Shown: in pieces, positions 48,732 through 61,510 of the stretch | How positions within the stretch are numbered: the stretch's first letter is position 1 | Layout: each line of letters opens with the position of its first letter | Source: Squalus acanthias | Lineage: Eukaryota | Direction of reading: 5' to 3' | DNA length: 64,000 nt | NCBI GenBank assembly: GCA_030390025.1 | Contig: JASTWF010000035.1 | Span: 3,100,001-3,164,000, forward strand | Translations under genes and position numbers: made by a program | Notes under the pieces: generated by a model | Databases searched by the model: none | What the model was told of the DNA's origin: nothing | Seen by the model: only the letters and a program-made list of their open reading frames with translations

Positions 48732-49499
48732 ATGGAATAATCAGACACGGAGTCTGGGTGGAGTGGGACTGATGGAATAATCAGACACGGACTCTGGGTG
48801 GAGTGGGACTGATGGGCCAATGATGGAATAATCAGACATGGACTCTGGGTGGAGTGGGACTGATGGAATAATCAGACATGGACTCTGGGTGGAGTGGGAC
48901 TGATGGGCCAATGATGGAATAATCAGACACGGAGTCTGGGTGGAGTGGGACTGATGGGCCAATGATGGAATAATCAGACGTGGACTCTGGGTGGAGTGGG
49001 ACTGATGGAATAATCAGACACGGAGTCTGGGTGGAGTGGGACTGATGGAATAATCAGACGTGGACTCTGGGTGGAGTGGGACTGATGGGCCAAAGATGGA
49101 ATAATCAGACGTGGACTCTGGGTGGAGTGGGACTGATGGGCCAAAGATGGAATAATCAGACGTGGACTCTGGGTGGAGTGGGACTGATGGGCCAAAGATG
49201 GAATAATCAGACGTGGACTCTGGGTGGAGTGGGACTGATGGGCCAAAGATGGAATAATCAGACGTGGACTCTGGGTGGAGTGGGACTGATGGGCCAAAGA
49301 TGGAATAATCAGACGTGGACTCTGGGTGGAGTGGGACTGATGGACCAATGATGGAATAATCAGACACGGACTCTGGGTGGAGTGGGACTGATGGGCCAAA
49401 GATGGAATAATCAGACGTGGACTCTGGGTGGAGTGGGACTGATGGGCCAATGATGGAATAATCAGACACGGAATCTGGGTGGAGCGGTGCCAGTCATTT

Positions 49500-52415
49500 A
49501 TTAGCCCATACTTTTCCAAGTGACTCGGATTATTGTCTCTAAAAGTTTATCCATCACCAACGTTAGGCTGACTGGCCTGTAGTTGCCGGGTTTATCCCTC
49601 TCCCCTTTCTTAAACAGGAGTGTAATAGAAACATAGAAAAATAAGAGCAGGAATAGGCCATTCAGCCCGTCAAGCCTGCTCCGCCATTCACTATGATCAT
49701 GGCTGATCCTTTATCTCAATACCATTTTCCCGCTCTCTCCCCATACCCCTTGATGCCTTTTGTGTCTAGAAATCTATCTATCTCCTTCTTAAATATATTA
49801 GAGAATTCCACAGGTTCACCACCCTCCGAGTGAAGAAATTTCTCCTCATCTCAGTCCTAAATGCCCTACCCTGTATCCTGAGACTGTGACCCCTCGTTCT
49901 AGACCCCCCAGCCAGGGGAAACATCCTCCCTGCATCCAGTCTGTCTAGTCCTGTCAGAATTTTATATGTTTCAATGAGATCCCCTCTCATTCTTCTAAAC
50001 TCTAGTGAATAATGTTTGCAATCCTCCAGTCCTCTAAGGAGGATTGAAAGATTGTGGCCAGAACCTGCGCAATTTCCACCCTTACTTCCCTTTGCAGGCG
50101 CAAATTCAACTTAGAGGGTATGACATAGTAGCCATTACAGAAATGTGGCTGCAAGACGGTCAAGACATGGAACTGAATATACCAGGTTATAAGGTCTACA
50201 GGAAGGATAGGGAATCTGCGAGAGGGGGAGGAGTAGCATTAGTGATTAAGGATGAAATTACCTCTATGATAAGAGATGATATAACGAGAGGTAAGTAGGC
50301 AGTGTAGACCTTATCGGTAGAATTAAGAAATAGAAAAGAATTTAAGACTGTAGTGGGAGCTGTGTATAGGCCACTTGGTAGCAGCTGTAAAGTGGCAGAA
50401 TGTATTAATGCAGAGATTAGACAAGCATGTAGTAAAGGCAGAGTGGTTTTAAGGGGGGATTTTAACTTCCATATAGATTAGGATAAGCAGACGAGCTTAT
50501 GTCAGAAAGGTAGCAAATTTCTTCAGTGTGTTCAGGACAGTTTTCTACAACAATATGTCCTAGAACCAACAAGGAGCGGGCCATATTAGATTTAGTAATG
50601 AGTAAGGAGGCAGATTTAGTTAACAGCCTAATGGTGCATGAACATTTATCTAATAGAGAACATAATATGATCGAGTTTAATGTAGTGTTTGAAAGGGAGA
50701 CACACAAAACAGCTACTAAGATTCTAGATTTAGGTAAGGCCGACTTCAATGCAATGAGACAGAGACTGGTCACAGGTAACTGGGAAAATCTGTTAATGGG
50801 TAAAATGACAGAAGATCAGTGGGAGATGTTCAAAAAATAATTTAATGTGATGCAGAACCAGTTTATACCTGAGGGGCAAGAGCTCTACTTGCCCAAAAAA
50901 ACAGCCCTGGATGACTAAAGAGGACAGCATAAAACTAAAAGAAAAAGCATACAAAAATGCAAAAACTAGCACAGATCCTGGCAACTGGGAGAGATACAAA
51001 GAACAACAAAAGGTGACAACAGATAGTAAGAGCTACAAAAAGGGAGTATGAAAAGAAACTTGCAAGGGATATCAAAAATCAACACAATTTTTTTTTGCAA
51101 TTATATTCGGAAAAAGAGGGTGATCAGGAGCAATGTAGGCCCCTTGAAAGCTGATAATGGTGATACTGTAAATCAAAATAAGGAAATGGCGGACATGTTG
51201 AATAATTACTTTGCGTCAGTATTTACATAGAAACATAGAAGATAGGAGCAGGAGTAGGCCATTCGGCCCCTCGAGCCTGCTCCGCCATTTAATGAGATCA
51301 TGGCTGATCATCCAAATTCAGTACCCTGTCCCTGCTTTCTCCCCATATCCCTTGATCCCTTTAGCCTTAAGAAATATATCTAACTCCTTCTTGAATATAT
51401 TTAATGAATTGGCCTCAACTGCCTTCTGTGGTAGAGAATTCCACAGGTTCACCACTCTCTGGGTGAAGAAATTCCTCCTCATTTCTGTCCTAAATGGCTT
51501 ACCCCTTATCCTTAGACTGTGACCCCTGGTTCTGGACTCCCCCGCCATCGGGAACATCCTTCCTGCATCTAGTCTGTCTAGTCCTGTTACAATTTTATAA
51601 GTTTCGATGAGATCCCCTCTCATTCTTCTAAACTCTAGCGAATACAAGCCCAATCGTCCCAATCTCTCTTCATACGTCATTCCTGCCATCCCAGGTATCA
51701 GTCTGGTGAATCTTCGCTGCACTCCCTCCACGGCAAGAACATCCTTCCTCAGATAAGGCGACCAAAACTGCACACAATACTCAAGGTGTGGTCTCACCAA
51801 GGCCCTGTACAACTGCAGCAAGACATCCTTGCTCCTGTACTCGAATCCTCTCGCTATGAAGGCCAACATACCATTTGCCTTCTTAACCGCCTGCTGCACC
51901 TGCATGCTTACCTTCAATGACTGGTGCACAAGAACTCCCAGGTCTCGTTGCACTTCCCCTTTTCCCAATCTATTGCCGTTCAGATAATAATCTGCCTTCC
52001 TGTTTTTGCTACCAAAGTGGATAACCTCGCATTTATCCACATTATACTGCATCTGCCATGCATCTGCCCAATCACCCAACTTGTCCAAATCATACTGGAG
52101 TTTCTCTGCATCCTCCTCACAGCACACACGCCCACCCAGCTTTGTGTCGTCTGCAAACTTGGAGATATTACATCTAATTCCCTCGTCTAGATCATTACTA
52201 TATATTGTGAATAACTGGGCATTGTGAATAGGCGGCATTGTAGGCAGTGTAGATAATAGCACAAAATTACAAAGGGAGATTAATAGATTAAATGAATGGG
52301 CAAAACTGTGGCAAATGGATTTCAATGTAGGCCGATGTGAGGTCATCCGCTTTGGACCTAAAAAGGATAGAACAGAGTACTTTCTAAATGATGAAAATCT
52401 AGAAACAGTGGAGGT
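49500..52415. mobile_element. Patchwork of CR1 fragments (- 49500-50010; + 50094-51226, degenerate endonuclease; - 51227-52220; + 52221-52415)
   Basis: CR1 ORF2 motifs and tails in alternating orientation. Confidence 0.85.
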
Positions 52416-52532
52416 CAGCCATGCCCTCTGCCTCCTCAAGAATGTAGACTTTTTGGTCACTAATCGGCCCCATCCTTCCTTTCACTACACGGCCTCTGTA
52501 TTTATAAAACAACCTTGCTTTCCCTTTTATGT

Positions 52533-52883
52533 ATTCAGCAGGGTAAGGGTTTCTCACTGTGTAACTGTACAGAGTTGCTGTTTATTCAGCAGGGTAAGGG
52601 TTTATTACTGTGTAACTGTACAGAGTTGCTTTATATTCAGGGTAAGGGATACTTACAGTGTAACTGTACAGAGTTGATTTTCATTCAGGGTAAGGGTTTC
52701 TTACTGTGTAACTGTACAGAGTTGCTTTATATTCAGGGTAAGGGTTTCTTACTGTGTAACTGTACAGAGTTGCTTTATATTCAGGGGAAGGGTTACTTAC
52801 AGTGTAACTGTACAGAGTTGATTTTCATTCAGGGTAAGGGTTTCTTACTGTGTAACTGTACAGAGTTGCTGTTTATTCAGCAG
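52533..52883. repeat. 48/51-bp minisatellite
   Basis: About 7 copies of TTCAGGGTAAGGGTTTCTTACTGTGTAACTGTACAGAGTTGCTTTATA. Confidence 0.9.
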
Positions 52884-52885
52884 TG

Positions 52886-53337
52886 TAAGAACATAAGAAA
52901 TAGGATCAGGAGCAGGCCATTCGGCCCCTCGAGCCTGCTCCGCCATTCAATAAGATCGTGGCTGATCTGATCTTGGCCCCAATTGCACTTTCCAACCCGC
53001 ATCCCATAACCCTTGATTCCCCTGTTTTTCAAAAATCTGTCTATCTCCGCCTTGAATATATTCAATGACTCAGCCTCCACAGCTCTCTGGGGAAGAGAAT
53101 TCCAAAGATTCACGACCCTCTGAGAGAAGAAATTCCTCCTCATCTCCGTTTTAAATGGGCGACCCCTTATTCTGAAACTGTGCCCCCTAGTTCTAGATTC
53201 CCCCACGAGGGGAAACATCCTCCCTGCATCGACCATGTCAAGCCCCCTCAGAATCTTAAATGTTTCAATAAGATCACCTCTCATTCTTCTAAACTCCAAT
53301 GAGTATAGGCCCAACCTGCTCAACCTTTCCTCATAAG
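52886..53337 (-). mobile_element. CR1 3' fragment
   Basis: YEERLSRLGLYSLEFRRMRGDLIE... and tail. Confidence 0.88.
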
Positions 53338-53619
53338 GAGAGCGGCTGGAGAGCGCCAAACCTCGGGAGATTTCAAAGGTGAGCGAGAGCGGCTGGAGAA
53401 CGCCAAACCTCGGGTGATTTCAAAGGTGAGCGAGAGCGGCTGGAGAGCGCCAAACCTCAGGAGATTTCAAAGGTGAGCGAGAGCAGCTGGAGAGCGCCAA
53501 ACCTCGGGAGATTTCAAAGGTGAGCGAGAGCAGCTGGAGAGTGCCAAACCTCGGGAGATTTCAAAGGTGAGCGAGAGCGGCTGGAGAGCGCCAAACCTCG
53601 GGAGATTTCAAAGGTGAGC
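53338..53619 (+). repeat. Six 47-bp tandem monomers at the CR1 5' end
   Basis: GAGAGCGGCTGGAGAGCGCCAAACCTCGGGAGATTTCAAAGGTGAGC repeated six times. Confidence 0.92.
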
Positions 53620-54535
53620 TACAACGGACCGGTGAGTGTAAAGAAGTAAAAAGTAATTGAAGTGTGACATCACCAGAAAGCAGGTAAGTGATTGGTTGGT
53701 GAGTATTTCTCTCTTTCTCCTTTTTCCATACTTAAATTCTGTGGTTTATAGTTTCTAGAGTCTCTGTGGTGTAGCGGGGACTGCTGTTAAGCAAGGGCCC
53801 TTGAGTATATCATAAAATTGAAGTGAAATTGGTGGGATTCAATTAGTTTAATTTTAATTAATTAATTAAAGGGTAAGTCACGGCAGGAGAGCTCCACCCC
53901 GTGATATGCTCCTCCTGCTATATGTGGGAAATCAGGGACGCTTCCTGTGTCCCTGACGACCATGTGTGTGGGAAGTGTATCCAGCTGCAGCTACTGATGG
54001 ACCGCATTGCGGCGCTGGAGCTGCGGATGGATGCATATTGGAGCATTCGTGACGCTGAGAACGTCGTGGATAGCACGTTTAGTGAGATGGTCACACCGCA
54101 GGTAAAGGGTGTACAGGCAGGAAGTGAATGGGTGACCACCAGGCAGTGTAAGAGGTGCAGGCAGGTAGTGCAGGGGTCCCCTGTGGCCATCCCCCTCTCA
54201 AACAGATATACCACTTTGGATGCTGTTGGGGGGATGACTTATCAGGGGAAGGCAGCAGCAGCCAATTTCCTGGCACCATGAGTGGCTCTGCTGCACAGGT
54301 TGGGAGGAAAAAGTGTGGAAGAGCAATAGTGATAGGGGATTCAATTGTAAGGGGAATAGATAGGCGTTTCTGCGGCCGCAAACGAGACTCCAGGATGGTG
54401 TGTTGCCTCCCCGGTGCAAGGGTCAAGGACGTCTCGGAGCGGCTACAGAACATTTTGGAGGGGGAGGGCGAACAGCCAGTTGTCATGGTGCACATAGGCA
54501 TCGACGATATAGGTAAAAAACGGGATGAGGTCCTA

Positions 54536-55495
54536 CATAGAATACATAGAAGATAGGAGCAGGAGTAGGCCATCCGGCCCTTCGAGCCTGCTCCGCCATT
54601 TAATGAGATCATGGCTGATCCTCCAATTCAGTATCCCGTCCCCGCCTTCTCTCCGTAACCCTTAACCCCTTTTGCCTGTAGAAATATATCTAATTCCCTC
54701 TTAAATATATTTAATGAGCTGGCGTACACTGCCCTCTGTGGCAATGAGTTCCACAGGTTCACCACCCTCTGAGTGAAAAAATTCCCCCTCATTTCTGTCC
54801 TAAATGGTTTAGCCCTTATCCTTAAATTATGTCCTCTAGTTCTGTTCTCACCCGCCAAGGGAAACATTCCTTCTGCATCTAGTCTGTCTAGACCTGTCAG
54901 AATTTTATACACTTCTATGAGGTCCCCTCTCAATCTTCTAAACTCCAGTGTGTACATCCCTAAACTACATAGTCTCTCCTCATAGGTCAATCCCGCCATT
55001 CCTGGTATCAGCCTGGTGAATCGCCGCTGCACCCCCTCCATGGCAAGAACATCTTTCCTCAGATGAGGCGACCAAAACTGTACACAGTACTCGAGGTGTG
55101 GTCTCACCAGTGCCCTGTACAGCTGCAGCAAGGTATCCCTGTTCCTGTATTCCAACCCTTTTGCTATGAAGGCCAGCATACCGTTTGCCTTCTTGACCGC
55201 CTGTTGCACCTGCATGCTCGCCTTCAGTGACTGGTGTACAAGAACACCCAGGTCTCTCTGTACTTCCCCCTCTCCCAATTTATTGCCATTTAAATAATAA
55301 GTTGCCCTCCCGTTCCTGCACCCAAGGTGGATAACTTCGCACTTGTCCACATTATAGTGCATCTGCCATTTATCCGCCCAATCACCCAGTCTGTCCAAAT
55401 CGCTCTGGAGCGTCCTGGTCTCCTCCTCTGAGACCACCCCCCCTCCTAGTTTAGTGTCGTCTGCAAATTTGGAAATGCTGCATCCGACTCCCTGA
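54536..55495 (-). mobile_element. 5'-truncated CR1 nested in ORF1
   Basis: ORF 54628-55437; 5-bp duplication TCCTA at 54531-54535 and 55496-55500. Confidence 0.9.
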
Positions 55496-58400
55496 TCCTA
55501 AAAGCAGAATATAGGGAGTTAGGAGGTAAATTAAAAAATAGGACCTCAAAGGTAGTAATCTCAGGATTGCTACCAGTGCCACGTGCTAGTCAGAGTAGAA
55601 ATAGGAGGATATTTCAAATGAATACATGGCTAGAGGAATGGTGCAAGGGGGAGGGATTCAAATTCCTTGGACATTGGAACCGGTTCTGGGGGAGGTGGGA
55701 CCAGTACAAACGGGACGGTCTGCACCTGGGCAGGGCCGGGACCGATGTCCTAGGGGGAGTGTTTGCTAGTGCTGTTGGGGAGGGTTTAAACTAAAGTGGC
55801 AGGGGGTTGGGAACCTGAGCAGGGAGACAGAGGAAAGGGAAACAAGGATAAAAGCAAAAGACAGGAACGAGAAAAACAAAAGTAGAAGGCAAAGAACTCA
55901 ACGGTTTAAATCAAACATGGTCACAGTAAATAATAATTCATATAGGTCTGAGAGCATTAAAAAAACAAGCCTGAAGGCTTTGTGTCTTAATGCAAGGAGC
56001 ATTCGGAACAAGGTGGATGAATTAGCTGCGCAAATAGAGGTAAATAAATACGATTTGATTGGGATTACAGAAACATGGCTCCAGGGTGGCCAAGGCTGAG
56101 AACTCAACATCCAGGGTTATTCAATATTTAGGAAAGATAGGCAAAAAAGAAAGGGAGGTGGGGTAGCATTGCTGGTTAAAGAGGGGATTAACACAATTGA
56201 AAGGAAGGATAGTAACTCTGATGATGCGGAATCTGTATGGGTAGAACTGAGAAATAACAAGGGGCAGAAAACGTTAGTGAGAGTGGTATATAGACCTCCA
56301 AACAGTAATACGGAGGTTGGGGACGGCATTAAAAGGGAAATTAGAGAAGCATGCAGTAAGGGCACAGCAGTCATCATGGGTGACTTTAATTTACATATAG
56401 ATTGGGCTAACCAAATTAGTAAAAATACTGTGGAGGAGGAATTCCTAGAATGTTTACGGGATGGTTTTCTGGAACAATATGTCGAGGAACCAACCAGAGA
56501 TCCGGCCATCTTAGATTGGGTATTATGTAACAAGAAAGGATTAATTAGCAATCTTGTTGTATGAGGCCCCTTGGGTCAGAGTGATCATAATATGATAGAA
56601 TTCTTCATTAGGATGGAGAGTGAAGTAGTTGAATCAGAGACTAGGGTGCTGAATTTAAATAAAGGAAACTATGATGGTATGAGGCGTGAATTGGGTAGGA
56701 TTGATTGGGGAATGTCACTCAAGGGGTTCACGGTGGGTAGGCAATGGCAAACATTCAAAGACTGCATGGATGAACTACAGAATTTGTTCATCCCAGTGTG
56801 GCATAAGAATAAAACAAAAAGGGTGACTCAACCGTGGCTAACAAGGGAAATTAGGGATAGCATAAGATTCAAGGAGAGGGCATATAAATTGGCCAGAAAA
56901 AGTGGTAACCCTGAGGATTGGGAGCAGTTTAGGATTCAACAAAGGAGGCAAAGGGATTAATTAAGAAGGGGAAAATAGAATATGAAAGTAAGCTTGCAGG
57001 GAACATAAAAACTGACTGTAAGAGCTTTTATAGATATGTGAAGAGAAAAAGATTAGTGAAATCAAGTGTAGGTCCCTCGCAGTCAGAAGTGGGGGGAAGT
57101 TATAATGGGGAACAAAGAAATGGCAGACCAATTAAATGCATATTTTGGTTCTGTCTTCACAAAGGAGGACACAAATAACCTCCCAGAGATGTTGGAGAAC
57201 ATAGGGTCTGATGAAAGGGAGGAACTGAAAGAAATCAGTATTTGCAGGGAAATGGTGTTCGGGAAATTGACGGGATTGAAGGCCGATAAATCCCCAGGGC
57301 CTGATAATCTACATCCTAGGGTACTTAAGGAAGTGGCCCTAGAAATAGTAGATGCATTGCTGATCATCTTCCAACATTCGATGGAATCTGGAACTGTATT
57401 CATGGATTGGAGGGTAGCTAATGTTACCCCACTATTCAAAAAGGGTGGTAGAGAGAAAGCGGGGAATTACAGACCGGTAAGCCTGACATCGGTAGTGGGG
57501 AAAATGCCAGAGTCCATTATAAAGGATGTAATAGCTGAGCACTTGAAAAACAGTGACAGAATCGGACGAAGTCAACATGGATTTACAAAAGGTAAATCGT
57601 GCTTGACTAATCTACTGGAATTTTTTGAGGATGTAACTGGGAAAATAGATAAGGGAGAACCAGTAGATGTGGTGTATTTGGACTTTCTTAACGCTTTCAA
57701 TAAGGTCCCGCATAAGAGATTAGCGTGTAAAGTTAAGGCACATGGGATTGGGGGCAAGGTATTGACTTGGATAGAGAACTGGTTGGCGGACAGAAAGCAG
57801 AGAGTAGGAATTAATGGGTCTTTTTCCGAGTGGCAAGCAGTGACTAGTGGGGTACCGCAGGGATCGGTCCTTGGACCCCAGCTATTCACAATATACATTA
57901 ATGATCTAGATAAGGGAACTAACTGTAATATCTCCAAGTTTGCAGATGACACAAATCTGGGTGGGAGTGTGTGCTTCGAGGAGGATACCGAGAAACTCCA
58001 GGATGATTTGGACTGGTTGGGTGAGTGGGCAGAAGCATGGCAGATGCAATATAATGTGGCTAAATGCGAGGTTATCCACTTTGGTGTCAAAAACAGAAAG
58101 GCAGACTATTATCTGAATGGCAATAGATTGGGAGAAGGGGAAGTGCAACGAGACCTGGGTGTCCTTGTGCACCAGTCGCTGAAAGTAAGCATGCAGGTGC
58201 AGCAGGTGGTGAAGAAGGCAAATGGTATGTTGGCCTTCATAGCGAAAGGGTTTGAGTATAGGAACAGGGATGTCCTGCTGCAGTTGTACAGGGCCTTGGT
58301 GAGACCACACCTTGAGTACTGTGTGCAGTTTTGGTCGCCTTATCTGAGGAAGGATGTTCTTGCCATGGAAGGAGTTCAGCGAAGATTCAGAAGGCTGGAA

Positions 58401-58860
58401 GAAGGAATGACATATGAGGAGAGATTGGGTCGATTGGGCTTATACTCGCTGGAGTATAGAAGAATGAGAGGGGATCTCATCGAAACATATAAAATTCTGA
58501 CAGGTCTGGACAAACTAGATGCAGGAAGAATGTTCCCGATGGTCGGAGAATCCAGAACCAGGGGTCATAATCTAAGGATAACGGGTAAGCCATTTAGGAC
58601 AGAAATGAGGAAGAATTTCTTCACCCAGAGAGTGGTGAACCTGTGGAATTCTCTACCACAGAAGGTAGTTGAGGCCAAGTCATTAAATATATTCAAGAAT
58701 GAGTTAGATATATTTCTTAAAGCTAAAGGTATCAAGGGATATGGGGAGAAGGCAGGTACAGGGTACTGAGTTTGTATGATCAGCCATGATCTCATCGAAT
58801 GGCGGAGCAGGCTCGAGGGGCCGAATGGCCTACTCCTGCTCCTATCTTCTATGTTTCTAT

Positions 58861-59985
58861 AAGACAACCCCTTCAACTCAGGAATCAACCTAGTGAACCT
58901 TCGCTGAAATGCCTCCAATGCAAGTATATCCTTCCTTAAATAAGGAGACCAAAACTGTATGCAGTACTCCAGGTGTGGTCTCACCAACGCCCTGTACTGC
59001 TGCACACTGAAGGCGGTGTTGGACTTCGATGACGAAGTCCAACACTGCCTTCAGTGTGCCAGTGCAGCCTTTGGTCGCCTAAGGAAGAGAGTGTTTGAAG
59101 ACTAGGACCTCAAACCCGGCACCAAGCTCTTGGTCTACAGAGCAGTAGTGAGTCCCGCCCTCCTGTATGCTTCAGAGACATGGACCATGTACAGCAGGCA
59201 CCTCAAAGCACTGGAAAGGTACCACCAACGCTGCCTCTCCAGGCAGGATAGGCGCATCAACGTCAGTGTTCTCGCTCAGGCCAACATCCCAGCATCGAAG
59301 CTTTGACCACGCTCGATCAGCTCTGATGGACGGGCCACATCGTCCGCATGCCCGATACGAGACTCCCAAAACAAGCGCTCTACTCGGAGCTCTGACATGG
59401 CAAAAGAGCCCCAGGTGGGCAGAGGAAACGCTTCAAGGACACCCTCAAAGCCTCCTTGAAAAAGTGCAACATTCCCTCCGTCACCTGGGAATACCTGGCC
59501 CAAGACCGCTCAAAGTGGAGGAGAAGCATCCAGGAAGGCGCCGCACATCTCAAGTCTCTTCGCCGGGAGCAAGTGGAAGCCAAGTGCAAACAGCGGAAGG
59601 AGCGCACGTCAACCCAAGCACCCCACCCACCTGCCCCTTCAACCACCGTCTGCCCCACCTGTGACAGAGACTGTAGGTCCCGCATTGGACTCATCAGTCA
59701 CCTGAAAACTCATTTTTAGTGCGGAAGCAAGTCATCCTCGGTTCCGAGGGACTGCCTAAGAGAGAGAGAGTACAGTTGTAGCAAGACTCCCTACTTTTAT
59801 ACTCCAACCCCCTTGCAATAAAGGCCAATATTCCATTTGCCTTCCTAATTACTGTTCTACCTGCATGCTAACTTGTTGTGTTTCATGTACGAGGACACCC
59901 AGATCTCTCTGTACCGCAGTATTCTGTAGTCTCTCTCCATTTAAACAATATTTTGCTTTTATATTCTTCCTACCAAAGTGGATAA
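58861..59985 (-). mobile_element. CR1 RT fragment split by an RTE insertion
   Basis: [12 protein letters not shown] on - at 58861-58997, resuming at 59770. Confidence 0.8.
59000..59770 (+). mobile_element. 5'-truncated RTE LINE with a 5' fold-back and (GA)n tail
   Basis: Same family as 12742-14115; ends CPTCDRDCRSRIGLISHLKTHF*; tail AAGAGAGAGAGAG. Confidence 0.9.
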
Positions 59986-61510
59986 CATCTGTGGTAGGTA
60001 AAATTTTGGAGTCCATTATTAAGGAGACAGCAACGGGACATTTGGATAATCATAATTTAATAGGACAAAGTCAGCATGATTTTATGAAGGGGAAGTCATG
60101 TTTGACAAATTTGCTGGAGTTCTTTGAGGAAGTAACATACAGGGTGGATAAAGGGGAACCAGTGGATGTGGTGTATTTAGACTTCCAAAAGGCATTTGAC
60201 AAGGTGCCACACAAAAGATTATTGCTTAAGATAAAAAATCACGGGATTGGGGGTAATATTCTGGCATGGATAGAGGATTGGCTATCTAACAGAAGGTAGA
60301 GAGTTGGGATAAATGGTTCATTCTCAGACTGGCAATCAGTAACTAGTGGTGTTCCGCAGGGGTCAGTGCTGGGTCCCCAACTCTTTACAATCTATATTAA
60401 CGATTTGGAGGAGGGGACCGAGTGTAACATATCAAAGTTTGCAGATGATACTAAGATGGGAGGGAAAGTAGTGAGTGAGGAGGACATAAAAAATCTGCAA
60501 GGGGACATAGACAGGCTAAGTAAGTGGGCAGAGATTTGGCAGATGGAATACAATACTGGAAAGTGTGAGGTGATGCAGTTTGGCAGGAAAAATAGTAGAG
60601 CAAGTTATTATCTTAATGGCAAGAAACTGGAAAGTACTGAAGTAAAAAGGGATCTGGGGGTCCTGGTGCACGAAACTCAAAAGGTTAGTATGCAGGTGCA
60701 GCAAGTGATTAAGAAGGCCAATGGAATGTTGGCTTTCATTGCTAAGGGGATAGAATATAAAAATAGGGAGGTATTGCTTCAGTTGTACAAGGTATTGGTG
60801 AGACCGCACCTGGAATACTGCATACAGTTTTGGTGTCCATACTTAAGAAAAGACATACTTGCTCTCGAGGCAGTACAAAGAAGGTTCATTCGGTTAATCC
60901 CGGGGATGAGGGGATGGACATATGAGGAGAGGTTGGGTAGATTGGGACTCTACTCATTGGAGTTCAGAAGAATGAGAGGCGATCTTATTGAAACATATAA
61001 GATTGTGAAGGGGTTGGATCGGGTGGATGCAGGGAGGATGTTCCCGATGATGGGTGAAACTAGAACTAGGGGGCATAGTCTTAGAATAAGGGGCTGCTCT
61101 TTCAAAACTGAGATGAGGAGGAACTACTTCACTCAGAGGGTGGTAGGTCCATGGAATATGCTGCCCCAAAAAGCTGTAGAAGCTACATCATTACATAAAT
61201 TTAAAACAGAAATAGACAGTTTCCTAGAAGTAAAGGGAATTAAGGGTTATGGGGAGCGGGCAGGAATTTGGACATGAGTCTAGGTTCAGATCGGTCATGG
61301 CCCTGTGGGTAGCGGAGCGGGCCCAGGGGCCGTGTAGCCTGATCCTGCTCCTATTTCATGTGTCCAATTCTGTTAGATTCAGGAGATGGTTCTGTGATAG
61401 TAGATTGGCGGTTAGGATCAGATCAGCCATGATCTTATTGAATGGCGGAGCAGGCTCGAGGGGCCAATTGGCCTACTCCTGCTCCTATTTTTTATGTTCT
61501 TATGTTCTTA
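59984..61510 (+). mobile_element. Third copy of the young CR1 subfamily (more diverged)
   Basis: ORF 60366-61277 and the same extended 3'UTR as 24268-24500. Confidence 0.92.

Larger units (their letters stand above)
46943..49485. repeat. 51/40-bp minisatellite interrupted by the Penelope element
   Basis: Unit ATGGAATAATCAGACGTGGACTCTGGGTGGAGTGGGACTG(ATGGGCCAAAG); one unit at 46943-47000 and about 15 at 48732-49485. Confidence 0.92.
53338..58860 (+). mobile_element. Full-length CR1 LINE (5' monomers, ORF1, ORF2, tail), mutated
   Basis: 47-bp monomers; ORF1 about 53880-55794, split by a nested CR1; ORF2 pieces 55917-58769 with stops and frameshifts; TTTCTATG tail. Confidence 0.92.

Noticed and set aside
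48741..49519. Repetitive ORFs (QSHSTQSPRLIIPSLAH)n
   Set aside because: Translations of the 51-bp minisatellite.
52515..52970. Cys-containing repeat ORF (QGKGFLLCNCTELLYI)n and apparent CAG|GGTAAG splice motifs
   Set aside because: Product of a 48-bp minisatellite running into a CR1 tail; no support for coding or splicing.
36891..53619. CRISPR-like arrays among the 30-, 47-, 48- and 51-bp repeats
   Set aside because: Head-to-tail tandem repeats with no unique spacers, no cas genes, and a vertebrate context.
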